NCBI GenBank assembly: GCA_045128735.1
Contig: JBGVRT010000133.1
Coordinates: forward strand, 22,425-86,424
Direction: 5' to 3'
Length of the DNA stretch: 64,000 nt
From: Eubacteriales bacterium
GTDB taxonomy: Bacteria; Bacillota; Clostridia; Oscillospirales; CAG-272
The notes under the pieces are model-generated. The model was given only the letters and a program-made list of their open reading frames with translations, searched no databases and was not told the DNA's origin. Shown here piece after piece: positions 7,709 through 16,642 of this stretch (position 1 is the first letter of the stretch; every line of letters begins with the position of its first letter). The position numbers were made by a program, and so were the translations under genes.

Positions 7709-8815
7709 TTGATAATCGCACTCGAAGATGCCAAATACAAGCTTATAAAGCTTCGTGACGACCTTGTTGAGCTTGGCTCGGCGCTTAAGATTGAGGAAAA
7801 GCGCGTTACCGTTGAGGGGCTTGAAAAGCAGACCCTTGAGCAGGATTTCTGGAGCAACCAGGAAAACTCCTCAAAGATACTTCAGACAATAAAACAGACA
7901 AAGGATGCTATAGAGAACTACGACGCGCTTTGCGCACGCCTTGAGGATGCCATCGTTCTTGCCGAAATGGCTATTGAGGAAAACGACGAGGGCTCTGTTC
8001 CCGAGGTTGAAAACGAGCTTGCCGAAATCGTTGCGGCAGAGGAAAAGAAGCGCATTGAGGTACTGCTTTCGGGCGAGTACGACAAGAACAACGCCATAGT
8101 TTCTTTCCACCCCGGCGCAGGCGGCACAGAGGCGCAGGACTGGGCGCAGATGCTTTACAGAATGATTACCCGTTGGGCAGAGCGCAACAAGTTCACGGTA
8201 AAGCTTATCGACTGGCTTGACGGCGAAGAAGCGGGACTTAAGAGCGCTACCATTACGGTTGAGGGTCTCAACGCTTACGGATATCTTAAGAGCGAGAACG
8301 GCGTGCACAGACTTGTGCGTGTTTCACCCTTCGACTCTGCGGGCAGACGCCAGACCTCGTTTGCTTCGATAGAGGTTATGCCCGAATTTGACGAGGTTGA
8401 CAAGATCGAGCTTCGCGACGAGGACCTTGAAATAACCGCGCACCGTTCAAGCGGCGCAGGCGGTCAGCATATCAACAAGACCGACTCGGCAATAAGAATC
8501 GTTCACAAGCCCACAGGTATTGTGGTCGGCTGTCAGACCGAGCGTTCACAGCTTCAGAACAAGGAAACTGCACTTAAGATGCTTAAGGCAAAGCTTATGG
8601 AGATCAAGCTCCGTGAGCGTCTTGACACCATTGAGGAAATTCAAGGCAACAAAACAAACATCGAGTGGGGCTCACAGATTCGTTCTTACGTATTTATGCC
8701 CTACACTCTCGCCAAGGACACCCGCACAGGCTTTGAGGACGGAAACATAAACGCGGTTATGGACGGCGAAATAGACGGATTTATTAACGCGTATCTTAAA
8801 TCTATTACAAAATAA
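7709..8815 (+). CDS. prfB: Peptide chain release factor 2, encoded in a single frame (no programmed +1 frameshift)
   Basis: SPF motif (VRVSPFDSAGRRQTSFA) and GGQ motif (RSSGAGGQHINKTDSAIR). The N-terminal helices align to RF2. The start is proposed at TTG 7709, 5 nt after GGGAGG. Confidence 0.9.
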   Translation: MIIALEDAKYKLIKLRDDLVELGSALKIEEKRVTVEGLEKQTLEQDFWSNQENSSKILQTIKQTKDAIENYDALCARLEDAIVLAEMAIEENDEGSVPEVENELAEIVAAEEKKRIEVLLSGEYDKNNAIVSFHPGAGGTEAQDWAQMLYRMITRWAERNKFTVKLIDWLDGEEAGLKSATITVEGLNAYGYLKSENGVHRLVRVSPFDSAGRRQTSFASIEVMPEFDEVDKIELRDEDLEITAHRSSGAGGQHINKTDSAIRIVHKPTGIVVGCQTERSQLQNKETALKMLKAKLMEIKLRERLDTIEEIQGNKTNIEWGSQIRSYVFMPYTLAKDTRTGFEDGNINAVMDGEIDGFINAYLKSITK

Positions 8816-8832
8816 AGAAAGAGAGTAAGATT

Positions 8833-9114
8833 ATGAATAAGAGAACAAAGTTCTACATCGGTATTATGCTTGTTATTACGGCTATCACCACAATGTTTAC
8901 ATTCCTTGCGCTTTGCATGAAGAAAAAGAGTGCCCTTGCGGCTCTCGCGGCACTTGCTACCGCCGAGGGAATTATGGGTCTTGCGCTTATCGAGGACAAC
9001 GCAAAGAAGAAGATCATCATTGAAGAGCCCGCTGAGGAAGAGGTTGTAATTCTTGACGACGAGCCTGTTGAGATTCCCGTTGACGAGGACGCAAGCGAGG
9101 AAGATTTTGCATAA
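8833..9114 (+). CDS. Small membrane protein with an acidic C-terminal tail (hypothetical)
   Basis: 93 aa. It has two hydrophobic segments (FYIGIMLVITAITTMFTFLALC, ALAALAALATAEGIMGLALI), then EEPAEEEVVILDDEPVEIPVDEDASEEDFA. It starts 17 nt after prfB and is followed by a terminator. Confidence 0.5.
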   Translation: MNKRTKFYIGIMLVITAITTMFTFLALCMKKKSALAALAALATAEGIMGLALIEDNAKKKIIIEEPAEEEVVILDDEPVEIPVDEDASEEDFA

Positions 9115-9124
9115 AAATTTTTTA

Positions 9125-9153
9125 GGCTGCCGCTTAAAGCGACAGCCTTTTTT
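9125..9153. terminator. Bidirectional intrinsic terminator
   Basis: GGCTGcCGC-ttaaa-GCGaCAGCC followed by TTTTTT, placed between convergent genes. Confidence 0.6.
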
Positions 9154-11084
9154 CACTCAAATATTTTTCCCACGCGATAGTCTCTCCAGACTGTTTCGAA
9201 CACGCCGCCGCCATCGGGTAGCGGACGCACGTCACGCCAATTTGACTCGGTACGCATAGGGCAAATGCTTGCCTTGATTTCCTGAGTCTTTCCGAGCAGC
9301 GCGGTATCGGCTAAGGTAAAGCCGAACAGCGATTGGAAGTTCTCCACCGACTCAAGGTATATGGCAGAGCCGCGGGATGCGCCGCCCTCTCTCATATAGT
9401 CCTCCATAGCAGAAAGGTAGACGTATTGAGACACAAGGGTGTCACGGAATCTGTAGGCTTTATAAAGCTCGCTGCCCTTTGCCACCGTCACGTTCCCGAC
9501 GAAATTCGAAAGCAACAACGCAACCTCTGCGCACAGCTTTGCTATTCCCTCTCGGTTTCGTATTGCGCCTGCCGTCTCGCTCATTTTTTTGGCGAAGGTG
9601 CGGCGTTTTTGGTCTACGTTCGAGCTATCGGACACCAATATTTTTCTTTCCTTTTCAAGCCTTTCAAGCGACTTTCCGCAGACTTCGGCAAGCTCCTCAA
9701 GGCTTATTTTTTTATTCTCAAAATGTGCCGCTATATACTGTGCCGCGCGGAGTGAGCCAACCTGACCCGCGTTAAGCGCACTGCCACCGGGGCGTTTTAC
9801 GCCGTGAGTTCCAGCCGCTTCGCCGACAACTAAAAGCCCCTCAACCGAGGTGCGCCACCACGCGTCAACCGCTATACCGCCGTTGTTGTGCTGAGCGCAG
9901 AGAGCTATTTCAAGCCTTTCTCTCTCAAGGTCAACACCGCGCGACAAATAAAGCTCATAGGCGGGCATATTCATATGCTTAAGGCGGTCTATGGGCTTGC
10001 CGAAGCAGGCGCCTGTGGCGACGAGGTATTCCCTCGCTTCACCGTCAAGTACGGAATAGTCAAGCTCCGCAAGCTTGCGCGGATTTTCTCTGTAATCGAG
10101 GTAGACTCTGCGTCCAAGCACAGCGCACTCGTACCACACAAGCAGGTCGATAACCGACGAGCCGTCATTTATTTTGTTGCAGTCAAAGGGCCATTCGTAG
10201 CCTTTCTTGAAAAGCATTGAAAGGGCTTTGCCGTCGTTCTTGAAATAGTCGTTTACAAACTCGCGTTCAATTCCGTTTTCGTCAACCGAGACTACTGTGG
10301 GAAGCACCTGCATATAGGTGCCCGACACGTTCCAGCGCGGGTGGGTAGAGGCAAGTCCATACTGCCATTCGGTAAGATTTTTACCTTTTGCGCCTGCCGC
10401 AAGAGCAAGCCCCGACGCACCGTTATGACATTCGGGATAAACCGAGTCGGCGTACATTCCCGCAGGTCCGCCCGTAGCAAGAATCAGATTTTCAAAGCCG
10501 AACACCACGGGCTCGCAGTTATTTTTCTTATCAAGGGTAATAAGCGCAGAGGCTTTTTCGCCTTTTTTTATTATCTCCACGGCAAAAAGGTTATCGTATA
10601 TGGGAATGTTTCGCTCGCACACCGCCGCCTCAAGGCATTCGGTCATTATCTTTGAGGTCAGAGGTCCTACCGAGGTTGCGCGTGAACGCTTGTCGTGGTC
10701 GGTCTTATATCCCACGTATTCTCCGTATTTATTCGTGGGAAATTTCACACCGAGGTCGGCAAGGCGCATAAAGGAGCGCACCGAGTTTGCCGCCTCGGCA
10801 TAGGCTACGTCTCCGTCAACGCAACCGCCGTCAAAGATATCCTTTGCCATATCACGCGGTGAATCGGGTGTTCCGCACATTCCAAGCTTATAATAGGTCT
10901 GCTTATCGGAGCCCGTATTGCGCGAAGTGCCAAGATTCACGCCCTCGCTGACAAGGGCAATATCGCGCACGCCTTCCTCGTAGAGCGAAAGTGCCGCGTT
11001 AAAGCCTGCCGCGCCGCTTCCCACAACAAGTGTATGGACGGTGTGGGCGGCTATTTTCTTTTCATTATAAACAATATATTCCAT
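9153..11084 (-). CDS. FAD-binding oxidoreductase (succinate dehydrogenase / fumarate reductase flavoprotein-like)
   Basis: 643 aa. N-terminal dinucleotide fold VVGSGAAGFNAALSLYEEG. GTSRNTGSDKQTYYKL and LVVGEAAGTHGVKRPGGSALNAGQV resemble the FAD-binding_2 family. The substrate is unknown. Confidence 0.65.
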   Translation of the reverse strand: MEYIVYNEKKIAAHTVHTLVVGSGAAGFNAALSLYEEGVRDIALVSEGVNLGTSRNTGSDKQTYYKLGMCGTPDSPRDMAKDIFDGGCVDGDVAYAEAANSVRSFMRLADLGVKFPTNKYGEYVGYKTDHDKRSRATSVGPLTSKIMTECLEAAVCERNIPIYDNLFAVEIIKKGEKASALITLDKKNNCEPVVFGFENLILATGGPAGMYADSVYPECHNGASGLALAAGAKGKNLTEWQYGLASTHPRWNVSGTYMQVLPTVVSVDENGIEREFVNDYFKNDGKALSMLFKKGYEWPFDCNKINDGSSVIDLLVWYECAVLGRRVYLDYRENPRKLAELDYSVLDGEAREYLVATGACFGKPIDRLKHMNMPAYELYLSRGVDLERERLEIALCAQHNNGGIAVDAWWRTSVEGLLVVGEAAGTHGVKRPGGSALNAGQVGSLRAAQYIAAHFENKKISLEELAEVCGKSLERLEKERKILVSDSSNVDQKRRTFAKKMSETAGAIRNREGIAKLCAEVALLLSNFVGNVTVAKGSELYKAYRFRDTLVSQYVYLSAMEDYMREGGASRGSAIYLESVENFQSLFGFTLADTALLGKTQEIKASICPMRTESNWRDVRPLPDGGGVFETVWRDYRVGKIFE

Positions 11085-11088
11085 AATC

Positions 11089-11832
11089 TTAAAGCTTTCT
11101 TATATGAAGTCCGCCGTCAACTATGAAGGATTCGCCCGTGGTATAAGCAAACGTGCCGTCAACAAGTGCGCCAACCGCCTTCGCCACATCCTCGGGATAG
11201 CCCCAACGTCCTGTGGGAACAAGTCCGTCGGCAATTTTGGCGTCGTATTTATCCTTGACCTTTTCGGTCATTTCGGTATAGATTATACCGGGGCAAACCT
11301 CGTTTACAAGTATTCCCTCACCTGCAAGTCTGTCGGCAAAAAGCTTGGTCATCATTGACACGCCCGCCTTTGAAATGCAATACTCTCCGCGAGAAGTTGA
11401 GCTTGTATAAGCCGACACCGACGAAATATTTACGATATATCCCTTTATTCCTGCTCTTACCATTCGGTTTGCCACGTCCTGCGTAAGGAAAAACGTTCCC
11501 TTTGAGTTGATTCCCATAACGTAGTCATAGCTTTCCTCGGTCATTTCGAGAATGTCGCGTCTCTCCTTGGGCGCAACGCCCGCAACGTTGACGAGGGCAT
11601 CTATTCTGCCGTACTTTTCAAGCGCGGTATCAACAAGCTTCTTTCTGTCCTCCGCGGAAGAAAGGTCGCCCGAAACGTAGATAAATTTATCGCCCAGTTT
11701 TTCAAACTGCTCTTTTACGCTTTCATAGGGGCGGCGGTTCATTCCGACCACAAAAAAGCCCTTATTTACAAGCTCTTCCACCGTGGCAAAGCCTATTCCG
11801 CCCGCCGCGCCCGTTACTATTGCAACCTTCAT
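11089..11832 (-). CDS. SDR family oxidoreductase (3-oxoacyl-ACP reductase-like)
   Basis: 247 aa. It has a TGAAGGIG cofactor motif, an NVAG motif and the catalytic Y-x3-K (YCISKAG). Confidence 0.8.
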   Translation of the reverse strand: MKVAIVTGAAGGIGFATVEELVNKGFFVVGMNRRPYESVKEQFEKLGDKFIYVSGDLSSAEDRKKLVDTALEKYGRIDALVNVAGVAPKERRDILEMTEESYDYVMGINSKGTFFLTQDVANRMVRAGIKGYIVNISSVSAYTSSTSRGEYCISKAGVSMMTKLFADRLAGEGILVNEVCPGIIYTEMTEKVKDKYDAKIADGLVPTGRWGYPEDVAKAVGALVDGTFAYTTGESFIVDGGLHIRKL

Positions 11833-11842
11833 TATTATATCC

Positions 11843-13162
11843 TCAATTCATACAGAATTTTTTGTAGAGAGGTGCGTAGACCTCGCCGTCTCTTATAACG
11901 CATCCCGGTGTGCCACCGGGCTTTCTCATTATTTCACTGCATTTTCCGCAGGCTATGCAAACCTTTTTGGGGTCAAGTCCGCCCGTGATGCAAATATCCT
12001 TTGCAAGATTGGGATAAGCGAGAGTCTCTCTGCCATAGCCCGCAAAATCAAATTTGCCCTCGCCGATATACGCGGCAACCACATTGGGAGACATTGCACC
12101 GAGGTAGCTGAGACCCGACGAAATAATCGGTGTTCCCTTTACCGATTCGGCAACCTCAGCTATACCGTCAAGCATACGCTTTACGCCTGCGATAGGAGGT
12201 TCGGGGTGCTCGTAAGTGCCGCGGGCAAAAGGACGGTTAACGTGGGGGTTAACGTATGGGTTGCCCATTGTGATGTTTATAAGAGGCATTCCAAGCTTTA
12301 CAAGCTCGGCACAAAGCATTTTCGCCTCGGTAAAGTCGGGAGTGAGTCCCTGCCCCTCGTTTACGCCAAAGCCGTATGGGTACTCGAAGCCGTCGTATGC
12401 GTTCATTCGCGTTGTAACGATAAAGTCACCGCCGCAATTTTCAAGTGCGCCCTTAACCGAATCGCGAAGAAGTCTTGTGCGTTTTTCAAAGCTTCCGCCA
12501 TATCTTCCCTCGCGGTTGTACGCCGAAAGAAGCTCGCAAAGCAGATATCTGTGACAGCACTTAATATCTCCGCCGTCAAATCCTGCCTTTTGGGCAAGAA
12601 GCGCGCCGTTTACAAGTGCTTCGCCTACGCGGTCAAGATACTCGTCGGTGAGTATTCGGCTTTTATCAATCGGATTGTCCTTTTCAAACAGAGGATTGTT
12701 ATAGGCAATAAGCGGAGCAGGTGTACCCTCGGGCTTACTGTATCTTCCCGAATGGGTAAGCTGACAGATAACCAATGGCTCATATCCGTTTGTCTTAAGG
12801 CATCTTTCCTTTATGTCCGCAACGATTTTCTTGAAGGAATCAAGCGTATTATTATTTATGTACATTTGGCGAGGATTGGCTCTGCCCTCTTTGAGCACCG
12901 CGGTAGCCTCAAACCACACTATTCCCGCGCCGCCCTCAGCAAAGCGCATATATCTGCGGATCGTCAGCTCGTCGGGTGCGCCCTCGCGCGTTCCGTCACA
13001 GCCCTCCATTGCCTGATATACAAGGCGGTTACTTACTGTTTTTCCGTTGACGGTAAGCGGAGCTTTAAGCACCGAGGTGTCGTCGCTCACGGGAAGAGTT
13101 ATGCCCGCATCGGCACAGAGGCGTTCAAGCTCGGCTTTGGTATTCGGAACCGAATAATTCAT
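11843..13162 (-). CDS. NADH:flavin oxidoreductase (Old Yellow Enzyme-family TIM barrel) with a C-terminal Cys cluster
   Basis: 439 aa. It shows OYE-like segments (NRLVYQAMEG, GAGIVWFEAT, QLTHSGRYSKP, FDGGDIKCCHRYLLCELLSAYNREGRYGG). The C-terminus reads CIACGKCSEIMRKPGGTPGC. It lacks the extra FAD/NAD domain of BaiCD or 2,4-dienoyl-CoA reductases. Confidence 0.7.
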   Translation of the reverse strand: MNYSVPNTKAELERLCADAGITLPVSDDTSVLKAPLTVNGKTVSNRLVYQAMEGCDGTREGAPDELTIRRYMRFAEGGAGIVWFEATAVLKEGRANPRQMYINNNTLDSFKKIVADIKERCLKTNGYEPLVICQLTHSGRYSKPEGTPAPLIAYNNPLFEKDNPIDKSRILTDEYLDRVGEALVNGALLAQKAGFDGGDIKCCHRYLLCELLSAYNREGRYGGSFEKRTRLLRDSVKGALENCGGDFIVTTRMNAYDGFEYPYGFGVNEGQGLTPDFTEAKMLCAELVKLGMPLINITMGNPYVNPHVNRPFARGTYEHPEPPIAGVKRMLDGIAEVAESVKGTPIISSGLSYLGAMSPNVVAAYIGEGKFDFAGYGRETLAYPNLAKDICITGGLDPKKVCIACGKCSEIMRKPGGTPGCVIRDGEVYAPLYKKFCMN

Positions 13163-13355
13163 ATAAATTCTCCTTTTTGTTTTTTAAGCAACTTTTCACA
13201 AATACATTATACATCAAGCCATCCCTTTTTTCTATAACAAATTTGCGATTTTTTATATAAAAGTTGCTATTTGACAAAAAATCTATGTACAAAAACTCTT
13301 TTTTGATGTATAATTATATAAAATGGATATATTAAACTTGTCACGGAGGTATGTT

Positions 13356-14180
13356 ATGTCCTGTATTCAAGGAATGGAGCATATTATTTTTTCCGATAGC
13401 AACAGCGGAATACTCCCACACGTTCACCACAACGTGCATCAGGTATTCTTTATAATGAAGGGCGAGGTAGACATCAAAATAGAAGACAAGCATTATTTTA
13501 TCACGCGCCCAACGGCTGTCTTTGTAAACAATTTTGAAAGGCACTCGTTCACAGCGTCAAACGGTGAATTTTCCCGTTTTTGCATCTCTCTTTCCCCGTC
13601 CAAAATAAAACAGGAAATAAAGAACGACAAGCTTCTCTCAATAATATCCAACCGTCCCGAGCACTTTTGCCACTGTATAGACGTGACGGACATTGAGCCG
13701 CTTCTGACACCTATGTTATGGGAAATTCTCAAAGAAAAAAAAGCTCATTATTCCGAATATCCCGAAAACGCCTCGGCACTTCTTCGCTGCGTATTCGTCG
13801 CACTTTACAGACATTCGCCCAAATCCTTTCCGTTTGAGGACAACAACATAAGCTCTACCGTACAAAAAATAAAGATGAAAATTGAAACCGAGCTTGCCGG
13901 CGAGCAAACGCTTGACGACCTCGCCGACGAATTTCACATCAGCCGCTATTATCTTGCCCACGCGTACAAGCAGGTCACCGGCTACAGCATAAAAAATTAC
14001 CGTATGCTCTGCAGAATAGCCGAGGCGCGGGAGCTTTTGACAAACACATCGCTTTCGGTTTCGCAGATAAGTGAGCACATCGGTTTTCCCGATGCCAGCA
14101 ATTTTTCCAAATATTTTAAGAAAAAAACGGGATACACGCCGTCGCAATACAGAAACATTCACAAAGGAGAAGAAATATGA
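13356..14180 (+). CDS. AraC family transcriptional regulator
   Basis: The C-terminal HTH (ISRYYLAHAYKQVTGYSIKNYRMLCRIAEARELL ... FPDASNFSKYFKKKTGYTP) is AraC-type. The start is at ATG 13356, 6 nt after GGAGG. It is divergent from the oxidoreductase operon. Confidence 0.8.
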   Translation: MSCIQGMEHIIFSDSNSGILPHVHHNVHQVFFIMKGEVDIKIEDKHYFITRPTAVFVNNFERHSFTASNGEFSRFCISLSPSKIKQEIKNDKLLSIISNRPEHFCHCIDVTDIEPLLTPMLWEILKEKKAHYSEYPENASALLRCVFVALYRHSPKSFPFEDNNISSTVQKIKMKIETELAGEQTLDDLADEFHISRYYLAHAYKQVTGYSIKNYRMLCRIAEARELLTNTSLSVSQISEHIGFPDASNFSKYFKKKTGYTPSQYRNIHKGEEI

Positions 14181-15178
14181 AAAGCATCTACCTTGCAAAC
14201 CAAAATCAGATAGACTACGTTTACTCTGAGGAGACCAAGAGCTACCTCGAACAGATTGCGGAGCTTTCAAAAACCGACTGCTACAGAAGAGACGATCTGC
14301 TTGCAAATCCCCAAAAATTTGCTGACGTGGAATACGTTTTTTCCACCTGGTCTATGCCCGCAATGACCGAGGAGGAAATAAAGAAGTGCCTTCCCTCGCT
14401 TAAGGCTGTATTTTACGGAGCAGGCTCCGTGCAAACCTTTGCGCGTCCCTTTATGGCGCGTGGAGTAAAGATATTCAGCGCGTGGGCGGCAAACGCCGTA
14501 CCCGTTGCCGAGTATACGGTGGCACAGATAATCCTCGCCTGCAAAGGCTTCTTCCGCGCCTGCACTCTCGCTTCGGCTAATAAGCGCAAGGAAGCGCAAA
14601 AGCACTCGGTCTCCTGCCCCGGCAACTACGGTTGCAAGGTTGGACTTATCGGAGTTGGAATGATAGGCAGTCTTGTTGCCGAGATGCTCAAGGCATACAA
14701 TCACAAGATTCTCGCGTTCGCCCCCTTCTGCTCGCAGGAAAAAGCCGACAAGCTTGGCGTGGAGCTTTGCTCGCTTGAACGCATTTTCTCCGAGTGTCAG
14801 GTAATATCCAACCATCTTGCCAACAATCCACAGACCGTAGGTATGCTCAACTATGAGCTTTTCAAACTGATGAAACCCAACGCCATCTTCCTCAACACAG
14901 GTCGCGGAGCGCAGGTGGTAGAGCTCGACCTTGCCCGCGCTATGGCGGAAAAGCCCGATGCAACCGCTATTCTTGACGTTACCTTCCCCGAGCCTATTCA
15001 AGATGGTAATCCTCTGCTTTTGCTTGAAAACGTTTATCTCACTCCACACATAGCCGGAAGTCAGGCAGACGAGGTACACCGTATGGCTGAATATATGGCA
15101 GAGGAGTTCAAGGCGTTTACAAACGGAGAACCCACAAAATACGAGGTCTCCGAAAAAATGCTTGATACAATGGCGTAA
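14177..15178 (+). CDS. D-isomer-specific 2-hydroxyacid dehydrogenase family protein
   Basis: 333 aa. NAD-binding motif KVGLIGVGMIGSLVAEML, plus NTGRGAQV and TPHIAGS motifs. Its ATG overlaps the AraC stop (ATGA). Confidence 0.8.
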   Translation: MKSIYLANQNQIDYVYSEETKSYLEQIAELSKTDCYRRDDLLANPQKFADVEYVFSTWSMPAMTEEEIKKCLPSLKAVFYGAGSVQTFARPFMARGVKIFSAWAANAVPVAEYTVAQIILACKGFFRACTLASANKRKEAQKHSVSCPGNYGCKVGLIGVGMIGSLVAEMLKAYNHKILAFAPFCSQEKADKLGVELCSLERIFSECQVISNHLANNPQTVGMLNYELFKLMKPNAIFLNTGRGAQVVELDLARAMAEKPDATAILDVTFPEPIQDGNPLLLLENVYLTPHIAGSQADEVHRMAEYMAEEFKAFTNGEPTKYEVSEKMLDTMA

Positions 15179-15221
15179 ATAAAAAATATTTCAAAAATAT
15201 AAAAAAGTTTTCAAAAACCTA

Positions 15222-15250
15222 TTGACAAAACAAAATAAATGTGGTAAAAT
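15222..15250 (+). promoter_or_regulatory. Sigma-A promoter of rplJ-rplL
   Basis: TTGACA (15222-15227), 17 nt, TGgTAAAAT (15242-15250). Confidence 0.65.
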
Positions 15251-15384
15251 CACTCTGTTATCCAAAGACAGCAGGTTTCCGTAAAAGCAATGCTTCCCTG
15301 CCGAGGACAGATTTTAACTTTATATTTTGAGTTTTTATCTTTCCTTGCGCAAAGCTATGCTTTAACGGAGGAAAGATTTTTTTA
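15251..15384 (+). promoter_or_regulatory. rplJ 5' leader (L10-leader-type ribosomal protein leader) ending in an attenuator
   Basis: A ~160-nt leader between the promoter and the rplJ SD. It ends in a hairpin (ATCTTTCC ... GGAAAGAT, 15337-15377) followed by TTTTTTT. This is the expected position of the Firmicute L10 leader. It was not verified by a covariance model. Confidence 0.5.
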
Positions 15385-15417
15385 TCCTGTATTTCACATT
15401 GGGAGGTGAAAAACAAA

Positions 15418-15981
15418 ATGCCGAGCAATTCCATACTCGAACAAAAGAAAAAGCTCGTTTCCGAGCTTGCTGAGGAGATTAAAAATTCGGTAAGCGGTGT
15501 ACTTGTTAACTATCAGGGTATCACCGTTGATGACGACACAAAGATGCGTAAGGCTCTCCGTGAGGCGGGTGTTAAGTACAAGGTCGTTAAGAATTCTCTT
15601 ACAGGCAGAGCTTGTGACGAAGTAGGTTTTGGCGATATGAAGCAGTACCTCGTAGGTATGACAGCTATCGCTATCAGTGAGAGTGACGCAGTCGCTCCCG
15701 CAAAGGTACTCAAAGAGTACGCTGAGAAGGTTGAGTCCTTCACAATTCTTGCAGGTTACGTTGACGGTGCGGTTATCGATGCCAAGACCGTTGAGGCTCT
15801 TGCAGAGATCCCCTCGAAGGAAGTTCTTATTGCGAAGTTCCTTGGAAGCATCCAGTCTCCTCTTTACAACTTTGCATACGCTATCAAGGCTGTTGCAGAC
15901 AAGAAGGCAGAGGGTGGCGAAGAGGCTCCCGCAGCAGAAGCACCCGCAGCAGAGGCAGCAGAAGCTCCTGCAGCAGAGTAA
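15418..15981 (+). CDS. rplJ: 50S ribosomal protein L10 with an Ala/Glu/Pro-rich C-terminal extension
   Basis: MPSNSILEQKKKLVSELAEEIKNSVSGVLVNYQGITVDDDTKMRKALREAGVKYKVVKNSL is a canonical L10 N-terminus. The start at ATG 15418 is 9 nt after GGAGGTG. The tail reads KKAEGGEEAPAAEAPAAEAAEAPAAE. Confidence 0.9.
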   Translation: MPSNSILEQKKKLVSELAEEIKNSVSGVLVNYQGITVDDDTKMRKALREAGVKYKVVKNSLTGRACDEVGFGDMKQYLVGMTAIAISESDAVAPAKVLKEYAEKVESFTILAGYVDGAVIDAKTVEALAEIPSKEVLIAKFLGSIQSPLYNFAYAIKAVADKKAEGGEEAPAAEAPAAEAAEAPAAE

Positions 15982-16088
15982 TTTTGCACAACATTGCAGT
16001 TTAACTGCTTAATTTTCGGGGCGCGGCTCCCCAAAAGACCGCAAAAAAATTTTTAACACACTAATTGATTATTAGGAGGATTACGAAA

Positions 16089-16460
16089 ATGGCTAATATC
16101 GCAGCTATTATTGAAGAAATCAAAGGTTTGACTATCCTTGAGCTTAACGATCTTGTTAAGGCTGTTGAGGAAGAGTTCGGTGTATCCGCAGCTGCTCCTG
16201 TTGGAGTTGTAGCTGTTGCAGGCGGTGCAGCACCCGCTGCTGAGGAGAAGACAGAGTTTGACGTTGTTCTTGCATCTGCAGGCGGCAACAAGCTCGCTGT
16301 TATCAAGGTTGTTCGTGAGATCACAGGTCTTGGTCTTAAGGACGCTAAGGACCTTGTTGAGGCAGCTCCCAAGGCTATCAAGGAAGGCGCTTCCAAGGAC
16401 GAGGCAGAGGCTATCAAGAAGCAGCTTGAAGAGGCTGGCGCATCTGTTGAGCTTAAGTAA
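16089..16460 (+). CDS. rplL: 50S ribosomal protein L7/L12
   Basis: [32 protein letters not shown] ... [58 protein letters not shown] lies upstream. Confidence 0.95.
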   Translation: MANIAAIIEEIKGLTILELNDLVKAVEEEFGVSAAAPVGVVAVAGGAAPAAEEKTEFDVVLASAGGNKLAVIKVVREITGLGLKDAKDLVEAAPKAIKEGASKDEAEAIKKQLEEAGASVELK

Positions 16461-16522
16461 TTTAAGATTACAAACTCACACATACTTGTATAGTTTTACC
16501 TGCTGTACGGGTTGAATAACCA

Positions 16523-16556
16523 ACCGCCGCTGAGTGTTCAGCGGCGGTTTTTCTTG
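16523..16556 (+). terminator. Intrinsic terminator after rplL
   Basis: AACCGCCGCTGA-gtgt-TCAGCGGCGGTT followed by TTTTC. Confidence 0.75.
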
Positions 16557-16568
16557 TATAAAAATGTA

Positions 16569-16596
16569 TGACACCAATTTATTGGTGTCATTTTTT
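16569..16596. terminator. Second hairpin terminator, usable from both strands
   Basis: TGACACCAAT-tt-ATTGGTGTCA followed by TTTTTT on the plus strand. On the minus strand it is followed by ACATTTTTA, downstream of the lipoprotein gene. Confidence 0.55.
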
Positions 16597-16642
16597 CACA
16601 CAAAAAAGGGACTGATTCTAAAAAATCAACCCCTTTTTACTT

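Noticed and set aside
11783-13237. 484-aa ORF on the plus strand, completely antisense to the OYE-family oxidoreductase gene
   Set aside because: The translation is low-complexity and rich in Cys, Arg and Ser, with no motif and no SD. The minus-strand frame has clear OYE family motifs. This is a shadow ORF produced by codon bias of the real gene.
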